From an uncultured delta proteobacterium (GTDB lineage: Bacteria > Desulfobacterota > Binatia > UBA9968): 40,367 nt of DNA. Below the pieces are notes generated by a model that had not been told where the DNA came from, did no database searches, and saw nothing but the letters and a program-made list of their open reading frames with translations. Positions 28,902 through 40,367 of this stretch are shown here, piece after piece (position 1 is the first letter of the stretch; each line of letters opens with the position of its first letter). Made by a program: the position numbers and the translations under genes. The stretch covers positions 1 through 40,367 of the forward strand of contig CAWDPO010000005.1 of NCBI GenBank assembly GCA_963804165.1. The letters run 5' to 3'.

Positions 28902-29560
28902 TCACTTGATCACCTTATCCGCTCTCGCCAGCACATTCGGTGGAATCGTCAGTCCAATCTGCTTTGCGGTCTTGAGATTGATGATGAATTCAAATTTCGT
29001 CGGCTGCTCGACGGGGAGGTCAGTAGGCTTTGCACCTTTGAGGATTTTGTCTACGTACAAAGCGGCGCGGCGGAACAAATCGGAAAAGTTTTCTCCATAT
29101 GTCATGAGACCTCCCGCTTCGGCAAATTCCCTTCGGAGGTAAATTGCGGGGAGCCGGTGCTCCCGTGTTAAGGCCGCAAGCCGCTGTCGATTAGTAGAAA
29201 ACATTGACGATCCCAGAATGAGGAGTCCAGCCGAATGCGCGTTTCTGGTGGCTGAGAACGCGCTGTCAAAATCCCTAGGTTCCCGCACACTCTGAACGTC
29301 AAGCCTCAATCCCAATGCTCCGGCCGCTAGCCGGATATCCTTCAACATTTCCGGCCCGTGGATTCCCTGGTGTGACAATACGCCAACGCGTGACAAGTTC
29401 GGTTTTATCTCTTTCAAAAGTTCCAACTGTTTCGTGGCGATCTCTGTGTTGAGCACGGCTAGTCCAGTGATGTTACCACCTAGATGAGCCAGACTTTGTA
29501 TGAGCCCGAGATGAATCGGATCGTTTACTGCGATGGCGACAATCGGGATGCTCGTAGTGT
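28902..29560 (-). pseudogene. ABC_sub_bind-family SBP, 5'-truncated (copy M)
   Basis: Homology starts at TTSIPIV; no signal peptide or N-terminal third. Confidence 0.88.
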
Positions 29561-29613
29561 CCTCGTGGCGGTCAAGTTCGATGTCATTGGCCATCGTCTA
29601 TATGCTCGATTAC

Positions 29614-29829
29614 TTATTCAGTCCGTAGACCGGGTTTCCCGCCCTGGCAATTCGGGCAGAGTCGCTGGAAGATGTCTGATCCGTTCGCGCCGTACTCTGT
29701 GCCACAGTCTTCGCACCGAAGAACATAGATTTTCTGGAGGTGGTCGGTGCCCGCCAAGTCGGTCGCACGAATAACGCGCTGACGGTTGCGGTTCGTATAT
29801 CCAAGTGTGGTGGTATTGGATTCGCTCAT
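29614..29829 (-). CDS. Small zinc-ribbon protein
   Basis: CEDC...YGANGSDIFQRLCPNC (two CxxC motifs). Confidence 0.7.
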   Translation of the reverse strand: MSESNTTTLGYTNRNRQRVIRATDLAGTDHLQKIYVLRCEDCGTEYGANGSDIFQRLCPNCQGGKPGLRTE

Positions 29830-29854
29830 ATTAAGATGCCCGTCAAGTTCTTAT

Positions 29855-30358
29855 TCAGCCACCGTCGGCCCGCTTGCGGCCAGACGGCTGCAACCGGTGA
29901 AGCATCTGCTTGCTGTAACATCGCTTGAACCCCCAACTCTCGCTAAGGTCATCGGCCTTTTTTTCCGCGTCGGGATCATCGTGAATCCTGTGATCTTCCC
30001 GAACGATATGAGCGATCTCATGGGACACTAAGTTCAGGAGGTTTTTTCGCTTGGTAATCTTTGGCTCTAGGTAGATGCCGTTGACTCGAAGAGAACGGTC
30101 GGATGGTATATGAGGTGGAATCGCGATGGTATAACTGAAAACGCGTCCCGGATAGGCGGAGCAGATAATATTCGGGCGTTCCCCGAGAAACTTCTCGAAG
30201 TCTTCTTCCGGAAGGAATGCGAGAACGTGAAAAAAGGCTTGCCGTAAGAGGGCATATTCTTCGGACGGTAATTCAACCACCGACTCGGCACCACTCCACC
30301 AATATTCGATGCCTACGTTACGTTCCCCGTGGTCCATTGAGATCAATCTGACCTGCAA
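29855..30358 (-). CDS. HExxH zincin-like hypothetical protein
   Basis: LVSHEIAHIV...AEKKADDL..WGF; start uncertain. Confidence 0.6.
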   Translation of the reverse strand: MQVRLISMDHGERNVGIEYWWSGAESVVELPSEEYALLRQAFFHVLAFLPEEDFEKFLGERPNIICSAYPGRVFSYTIAIPPHIPSDRSLRVNGIYLEPKITKRKNLLNLVSHEIAHIVREDHRIHDDPDAEKKADDLSESWGFKRCYSKQMLHRLQPSGRKRADGG

Positions 30359-30389
30359 AATTAAACTTTAATCGTGTGTTTGCATAGGA

Positions 30390-30503
30390 GCCGGACATGC
30401 CGCAGTAAATCAGAGTGTCGGTGTCCCATACTACATAGACGCCAGCGGCGAACGCTGGCAGCTCTGCATTGGGCCAAATCCGGGAACCTGTATCATCTGC
30501 CAT
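30390..30503 (-). pseudogene. Possible GIY-YIG nuclease N-terminal fragment
   Basis: GVYVVWD...LIYCGMSG. Confidence 0.45.
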
Positions 30504-30945
30504 TTACGGGTTACATTAATCTCGTCGATAGCCGCTGGCAAGGTGAGGGCTGATGCCGCCGATCCGGTCGGTCACGGGGGGGGGTTGTTTGCAGTGAAAA
30601 TCAAACCGGAACCACGAAGTTGACATGATTAAATCGAACGAATAGTGGTCCACCCACCAAACTCAGCAGGCTGAGATTGTGGACCGCTGCCGGTGCTACA
30701 GACATTTCGGGCAAAGAGCCGTTCTCCCGGCATGGCGGGTGCGCCACGAGGTGAGGACAGAGACGTTGGCCGACGTGGTTAACGTCGTGAAGGATTTATG
30801 CGAGGTCGGTACAGTCCCGCCGGAATTGTTCAAGCTGGACGATACACTACTGCATAGTCGAGCATTGAATTTTACCGCTGAGCCAAGGTGTCGAATTGGC
30901 GAGTCTCTCCTTGAAACTCATCTGCCTGTTGTCTTACAAGATTCT

Positions 30946-33672
30946 GTGGCCGTCGTTCATCCGCGATACTTGCCGGTGCCCTATCAGGAGTCCGCTGAAG
31001 CAGGACGCTTAATCTTGCGTGATGGTACGACCGCAACCGTCCGTTTGGCTCATCCTGAGGACCATGGGTTGATGGCGGAGTTTTTTAGCAAGCTCTCCAA
31101 AAATTCCCAGCGGCTAAGGTTTTTTTCCCTGACCCCACCCGGCGGTAAACTGATCGAGTCATTTTGTGACGACTCCGACTTCCGTAAACGGCTTTGTCTA
31201 ATCGTCACGCGCGCTTCAGGCAGCGGCTCTCGCATTATCGCATCCGCTAATTACATGGCTCATGACGAAGCGACAGCTGAAATCGCGTTGGCCGTTGACG
31301 ACGCCTTCCAGGGAAAAGGAGTTGGTTCGCTGCTGCTTGAGCGATTGGCGGTCCTTGCCGTGCGCAATGGCTTTCGTCGTTTTTGGGCGATCACGATGTC
31401 GGATAATCAGGGGATGCTGGATGTTTTCCGTCAATCCGGCTTCGAATGCCGCTCCCGAGCTAATGATGGCTGTGTAGAAATCGATCTCTCCGTCGTTCCC
31501 AACGAAAGCAGTGTTGCTCGTGCCGAGTTTCGCGATCGCGTGGCGACCAGCGCCTCACTTCGTCCGTTCTTTCAACCGTCGTGTGTGGCCATAGCAGGCG
31601 CGTCGCGCAGCCCTACGAACATTGGAACTCGCGTCTTAAACGCCATCGTCAGCGCAGGTTTTCGAGGAACGGTCTATCCGGTGAATCCCAAAGCTGATGT
31701 TGTCCGCTCGCTGAAAGCATATCCCAGTATCCGTGCGTTGCCCAAAGTTCCAGACCTCGTGGTCGTGGCGGTTCCAGCGCATGCGGTTGACGCCGTCATT
31801 GATGACTGCGCCAGTCGGGGCGTGCGCGCTGCGATCGTCATCTCGGCCGGATTCGCCGAAGTCGGCGCGGAAGGACGAAAGCGACAACACCAGCTACTCG
31901 CAAAGATCCGTGGCTCCGGCATGCGCATGGTCGGGCCCAACTGTCTCGGTTTGCTCAACACCGATCCTGTCGTCCGTTTAAATGCGTCTTTCGCGCCGGA
32001 TTTTCCCACACCGGGAAACGTCGCCTTCTGCTCTCAAAGCGGCGCCCTCGGCTTGGCCGTTATAAACCTGGCGCGGCAACGTAGTTTGGGACTTGCCAGC
32101 TTCGTAAGCGTCGGCAACAAAGCGGATGTCTCGGGCAATGATCTGCTGCAGTACTGGGAAGAAGAGCCCCGCACCAAAGTTATTCTTCTTTACTTGGAAT
32201 CGTTCGGCAATCCACGCCGCTTTGCGCGGATCGCCAAGCGAGTCGGTCGCAACAAACCGATCGTCGCCGTAAAAGCGGGCCGTACCAGCGCCGGACGTCG
32301 CGCGGCGGGCTCGCATACGGCCGCCTTAGCCGCCGACGACGTTGCGACCGAGGCGCTGTTTCATCAAACCGGTGTCATCCGCGCCGAAACGTTGGGTGAA
32401 ATGTTCGATCTTGCGCTCACGCTCAGCAGCCAGCCGTTGCCGAAAGGGCGTCGAGTCGCGATCCTCACCAATGCCGGCGGTCTCGGCATACTCTGCACCG
32501 ATGCGTGCGAGGCCAACGGACTCGTGATCCAGCAACCCAGCGCTCAAACAAAGCGCCGATTGAGGGAGTTCTTATCACCGGCGGCGAGCGTCGAAAACCC
32601 GGTAGACATGATCGCATCAGCCTCCGCAGAAGATTTCCGCAGAGCCGTCGAGATTTTGCTGTGTGCCGATGAAGCGGATGCATTGATCATCCTCACGATT
32701 AACGTGGGGCTCGCCGACATCGCCGCTATCTCGGGCCAAATCCGCCGGGGTGTGATTGCGAGTAGATCCAAAAGCGGCGCCGGGAAACCGGTTCTGACTT
32801 GTATCATGGATGGAGAAAAAGCTCCGAAAGCGGCGCCGAGTGGAGTCGAGCAGCTGCCCAACTTAGCTTTTCCGGAAAGCGCCGCGCGGGTTCTCAGCAA
32901 GTTAGCGCAATACGCTGAGTGGCGGGCTCGTCCCGAGGGCATGATCCTTGACTTCGACGATATCCGCCCGCAAGAGGCGCGCGCGATCTGCGAGCAGGCG
33001 CGCCGCGAGCATGGCGCCGGTTGGCTGTCAGGCGCAGAGACGCGTAAAGTGCTTTCCGCTTTCGCACTGCCCGTGCCGCAGGGCGGTATATGTGCGAACG
33101 CTAACGAAGCGGCAAAGCTGGCCGCACAAATCGGTTTCCCCGTGGCGCTTAAGCTCGCTTCGCGTACGATCGTACACAAGACCGAATTCGGTGGCGTGCG
33201 TTTGAATCTCGAAAGCGAAACCGCCGTGCGCCAAGCTTTCCTGGAGATCCAACAGCGGGTCGCGCAAGACAACAAGGTTGCAGAAATGGACGGCGTCCTG
33301 ATCCAGCCGATGATTTCGGATGGTGTCGAGCTGATGATTGGCGTTTCCCAAGATCCTCTCTTTGGGCCGCTGATTGGTTTTGGTCTCGGCGGAATTCATG
33401 TCGAGATTCTCAAGGATGTTTGTTTTCGCGTCACTCCTATCACCGACCTTGATGCTACGGAGATGGTGCGCAGCATCAAAGGATATCGTCTGTTGGAAGG
33501 TTATCGCGGCCACCCAGCCGCCGATATTGCGGCTATCGAGGATCTGCTCTTGCGAATCGCGCGGCTGGTGGAAGAAGTACCGCAGATCACCGAGTTAGAC
33601 TTGAACCCGATTATTGCATTACCACCAGGCCACGGCTGTCAGATCGTCGACGCACGCATTCGCGTTGCCTAA
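30946..33672 (+). CDS. GNAT + NDP-forming acyl-CoA synthetase-like fusion (Pat/ACD family)
   Basis: LILRDG...RF...AEIALAVDDAFQGKGVG (GNAT); VAIAGAS, MVGPNCLG, SQSGALG, SVGNKAD, GSHTAALA, HKTEFGGV, ELDLNP. Start GTG 30946 is inferred; the ORF is open from 30679. Confidence 0.9.
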   Translation: MAVVHPRYLPVPYQESAEAGRLILRDGTTATVRLAHPEDHGLMAEFFSKLSKNSQRLRFFSLTPPGGKLIESFCDDSDFRKRLCLIVTRASGSGSRIIASANYMAHDEATAEIALAVDDAFQGKGVGSLLLERLAVLAVRNGFRRFWAITMSDNQGMLDVFRQSGFECRSRANDGCVEIDLSVVPNESSVARAEFRDRVATSASLRPFFQPSCVAIAGASRSPTNIGTRVLNAIVSAGFRGTVYPVNPKADVVRSLKAYPSIRALPKVPDLVVVAVPAHAVDAVIDDCASRGVRAAIVISAGFAEVGAEGRKRQHQLLAKIRGSGMRMVGPNCLGLLNTDPVVRLNASFAPDFPTPGNVAFCSQSGALGLAVINLARQRSLGLASFVSVGNKADVSGNDLLQYWEEEPRTKVILLYLESFGNPRRFARIAKRVGRNKPIVAVKAGRTSAGRRAAGSHTAALAADDVATEALFHQTGVIRAETLGEMFDLALTLSSQPLPKGRRVAILTNAGGLGILCTDACEANGLVIQQPSAQTKRRLREFLSPAASVENPVDMIASASAEDFRRAVEILLCADEADALIILTINVGLADIAAISGQIRRGVIASRSKSGAGKPVLTCIMDGEKAPKAAPSGVEQLPNLAFPESAARVLSKLAQYAEWRARPEGMILDFDDIRPQEARAICEQARREHGAGWLSGAETRKVLSAFALPVPQGGICANANEAAKLAAQIGFPVALKLASRTIVHKTEFGGVRLNLESETAVRQAFLEIQQRVAQDNKVAEMDGVLIQPMISDGVELMIGVSQDPLFGPLIGFGLGGIHVEILKDVCFRVTPITDLDATEMVRSIKGYRLLEGYRGHPAADIAAIEDLLLRIARLVEEVPQITELDLNPIIALPPGHGCQIVDARIRVA

Positions 33673-33983
33673 AAATAATTTACCGAGCCGCTTTAAGTCT
33701 GTGAGATACCCTCCCCTCGCCGCGAGCTGAGCTCACCCGCTTTCTTTCGAAGTTTCACGCAGAATACCGACGGGATCGATTTCTTCCCCCCGCCAGAGTG
33801 GTTTTCCTGGATCGCGATCGTGCACCCATCGAGATAGTCGCTGACGAGATCCATTAGCGTTTAACTGACTCGTCGATTTTGTGCCAACCTCTTTCAAACA
33901 GCTCAATGCGCACGGCGGTGCGTGCAATGGAGTCATTGAAATTTCCAGCGTCGAAACAATCGCGAACAAATGGTAGAAAGTAG

Positions 33984-37698
<3,715 letters not shown>

Positions 37699-37707
37699 GA
37701 GGAGCGC

Positions 37708-38703
37708 ATGGATCTCAGCACAAGTTATCTCGGACTCAGGCTGCCGCACCCTATAGTCCCCGGCGCGTCACCGCTAAGCGACGATCTCGATGCCGTTAAA
37801 CAGCTCGAGGATGCGGGCGCCGGCGCGATTGTTTTACGCTCGCTCTTCGAGGAACAGATCACTCGAGAAGCTGAAGCAACCCATGATCACTGGGACAGTC
37901 ACGACGATGCTTTCGCCGAGGCGGTCACATTCTTCCCCAGCGCCGACTCCTTCGTGCTCGGCCCGGACGAGTACCTCAATCACGTGCAGCGCGTGAAGCA
38001 AACGGTGCGGGTCCCCGTTATCGGCTCGCTCAACGGCATGACTCCCGGCGGCTGGCTCGCATACGCGCGTCTCATTGAGCAAGCCGGCGCGGACGCTCTA
38101 GAGCTGAATGTCTACCACGCCGCGACCGACTTTGAGACGAGCGGAAACGACGTCGAGCGCCAGATCATCGAAATGGTTCGCCAGGTAAAACATGACTTGA
38201 AAATTCCGGTGGCTGTAAAGCTCTCGCCCTACTTCACTGCATTCGCCCACTTTGCGCGCCAACTCGATGATGCCGGCGCCGACGGGCTCATCCTGTTCAA
38301 CCGCTACTACGATCCCGACATCGACGTGCGAGAGCTGAACGTACTGCGCACTTTGCAACTTTCCAACTCCACCGAGTTGCCGTTGCGTTTGCGCGGAATC
38401 GCCGCGCTCGCTGGACGGGTCAAAGCCTCGCTCGCGGTTACCGGCGGCGTTCACACGGCCCTAGACGTCGTGAAGTCGACGATGGCAGGGGCGCACATCA
38501 CTCAGATGGTGTCGGCACTGCTTCAAAACGGTCCCGGCCACCTCAGGAAGGTTCGCGCCGACCTTGAAGCATGGATGGAAGAGAACGAATGGTCCTCACT
38601 CAATGAGATGCGCGGCAACATGAGCCAGGAGCGGATTCCCAACCCGCAAGTATACGAGCGCGCCAACTACATGCTGATGCTTCAGACTTGGGAACGGATG
38701 TAA
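37708..38703 (+). CDS. Dihydroorotate dehydrogenase-like flavoprotein
   Basis: MDLSTSYLGL.L..P, SLFEEQI, ADALELN, PVAVKLSP, LFNR; coupled to the PFOR gene. Confidence 0.88.
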   Translation: MDLSTSYLGLRLPHPIVPGASPLSDDLDAVKQLEDAGAGAIVLRSLFEEQITREAEATHDHWDSHDDAFAEAVTFFPSADSFVLGPDEYLNHVQRVKQTVRVPVIGSLNGMTPGGWLAYARLIEQAGADALELNVYHAATDFETSGNDVERQIIEMVRQVKHDLKIPVAVKLSPYFTAFAHFARQLDDAGADGLILFNRYYDPDIDVRELNVLRTLQLSNSTELPLRLRGIAALAGRVKASLAVTGGVHTALDVVKSTMAGAHITQMVSALLQNGPGHLRKVRADLEAWMEENEWSSLNEMRGNMSQERIPNPQVYERANYMLMLQTWERM

Positions 38704-38895
38704 AGCGCTTACCAAGCGCACAATCGTTCAAGGTTCAAGAGTTCCAAACAGGGATTCGAAGAAACAAAATCCAAACAGAAGCGGATCGGATCGATTGTTT
38801 TTCAGTCCGTCTGAAAAAAACGGACTCGCAGTCATCACCGCGAGTCCGTTGGCTACTGATGGCTCTGCCTTCCAGAGCCACATTATTAACTAACC

Positions 38896-40278
38896 CTACC
38901 CCAGATAGAAGCGGAGATAAGGTACGCCGATCAAGAGTATCGCCGCCAGGTAAATCGCTCCGAAAATCAAACCCAGCGTCCAGAAGTCTTTCCGGCTCAC
39001 ATACCCGCTGCCGTAGTATATCGGGCCAGGGCCGGTCGCGTACGGAGAAATGACCCCCATCAAGCCGAGCGTGTAGCAGAACAGCAGCGAGATCAACTTG
39101 ACCGGCATATCAGGCACCGCGATCGCTGCTGTGAGCAGCACAGGAAGCAACGCGGTGGTGTGAGCGGTCAGGCTCGCAAACATATAGTGCACGACGAAGT
39201 ATACGACGGTAAGTGCAACGACGATCGTCATCACCGAGTAGCCGCTCAACGCGCCGGCCGCACCGCCGGCAAACCATTTGAGAAAACCGACCTTGTTCAG
39301 ACCGTCAGCCATCGTGACCAGTGTGGCGAACCACACGAGCACGTTCCAGGCCTGCTTGTGCGCGAGCACGTCATCCCATTCGACGATGCGTGTCATGACC
39401 ATCAATGAAAGCACCAGTAGGGCAACCGTCGTGGCGTTGATGAAGTCGCCGCCGAAGATCCAGAGACCCAGGGCGAGCAATGCGAGCAATGCCATCCAAA
39501 TTTCTTTGAAGCTGACCCGGCCCATCTTTTTGAGTTCTTCTCCCGCCCACACAGGCACATCGGGACTGCTCTTGAGCTCGGGCGGATAAACCTTGTAAAT
39601 GATCCACGGCAAGAAAACGAACAGCAGCAAGCCCACCGGCGCCATGCCCATGAACCATTCGGTCCAGCTGATGTCGATCTTCGCGGTGGTTTTGACCAGT
39701 GACAACGCTAGTAGGTTGGGCGCCAAACCGGTCAGAAACATGGAGCTGGTCAAACACGTCGTCGCAAACGCGGTCCACATAATATAGGAACCGATCTTAC
39801 GCGCCGTCGGACCCGGCTCGGAGCCGTAAAGCGGCGGAATATTCTTGATCACGGGAAAAATCGTCCCGCCGCTGCGCGCCGTATTGGACGGAGTGAATGG
39901 TGCAAGCACGAGGTCTGCGAGAGCGACTGCATAACCAAGTCCTAGAGTTCGCTTACCTAGCCATTTCACCAGGTTCAGGGCGACGCGACGACCCAGGCCC
40001 GTCTTCTCATAGCCCAAGGCGAACATGAAAGCGACAAAGATCAGCCACACTGTGCCGTCCTGAAATCCAGACAACGCCCACTTGAGTGCGTCGGCTGGTT
40101 TAGGCACGACCAGCAGCGAAACCGTCGCGGCCGTAACTCCGATCAGGCCCACGGCTGCAGCGGGAATCGGTTCAAGGATCAAGGCTATGATTACCGCAAC
40201 GAAGAGCGCGAAGTAGTACCAAGCATTCGGCTTGAGCCCTTCGGGGATCGGCAGCAGCAGCAGTGCCGCTCCCACCAC
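38896..40278 (-). CDS. DASS-family di/tricarboxylate anion permease (CitT/TtdT-like)
   Basis: KTGLGRRVAL, PSNTARSGG, SSMFLTGLAPN, HYMFASLTAH, SPYATGP..IYYGSGY; true start uncertain. Confidence 0.92.
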   Translation of the reverse strand: MVGAALLLLPIPEGLKPNAWYYFALFVAVIIALILEPIPAAAVGLIGVTAATVSLLVVPKPADALKWALSGFQDGTVWLIFVAFMFALGYEKTGLGRRVALNLVKWLGKRTLGLGYAVALADLVLAPFTPSNTARSGGTIFPVIKNIPPLYGSEPGPTARKIGSYIMWTAFATTCLTSSMFLTGLAPNLLALSLVKTTAKIDISWTEWFMGMAPVGLLLFVFLPWIIYKVYPPELKSSPDVPVWAGEELKKMGRVSFKEIWMALLALLALGLWIFGGDFINATTVALLVLSLMVMTRIVEWDDVLAHKQAWNVLVWFATLVTMADGLNKVGFLKWFAGGAAGALSGYSVMTIVVALTVVYFVVHYMFASLTAHTTALLPVLLTAAIAVPDMPVKLISLLFCYTLGLMGVISPYATGPGPIYYGSGYVSRKDFWTLGLIFGAIYLAAILLIGVPYLRFYLG

Positions 40279-40367
40279 AATTGCGCTGCGAAGAGACTCG
40301 TTGAAAATTGGCGGGATTGGGAATGCGAGGCCTTTCAGAGCCGAGTTACAGAGAGATATCGTCAGAC

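Noticed and set aside
5430-29171. Recurrent plus-strand ORFs of the type '[18 protein letters not shown]...IDDELE' (e.g. 5430, 10964, 17087, 19251, 20421, 28857)
   Set aside because: They are antisense shadows of the conserved SBP 3' end, with variable starts and no RBS.
30576-30584. G9 tract as a phase-variation switch
   Set aside because: It is intergenic, not tied to an identifiable promoter or ORF, and homopolymers are unreliable in this sequence.

Overview
The window has two parts. Bases ~1-30,500 are an accessory, island-like region. It is bounded on the left by a truncated P4-type integrase and contains a tRNA-Lys(CTT) att-like fragment at ~22.67 kb. It holds 13 co-oriented (minus-strand) copies or fragments of one ABC-transporter substrate-binding-protein family (ABC_sub_bind-like), none with a permease or ATPase gene nearby. 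From 1.1 to 22.65 kb it is punctuated by nine copies of a palindromic element: 12-bp arms GATTGAACTGAA/TTCAGTTCAATC around a 6-bp spacer, usually as a 66-68 bp doublet with spacers CGACGC then GGAGAA. Five copies are preceded by a conserved ~88-bp leader. These sites cut the region into modules of about 1-4.5 kb that carry varied cargo: integron-type attC cassettes, a tyrosine recombinase + IS91-family transposase pair itself bounded like a cassette, an IS256-like element with an 8-bp TSD, TenA, a methyltransferase, and a GNAT + TIR-PAS-methyltransferase gene pair. Bases ~30,900-40,367 look like ordinary metabolic genes: a GNAT/acyl-CoA synthetase fusion, pyruvate:ferredoxin oxidoreductase, a DHOD-like protein and a DASS transporter. 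The gene content resembles Binatia/deltaproteobacterial metagenomes (inference only). Many genes carry single indels, so several apparent pseudogenes may be sequencing errors. The best candidate for an undescribed system is the palindrome-delimited module array; a recombination role is a hypothesis, not something the sequence demonstrates.
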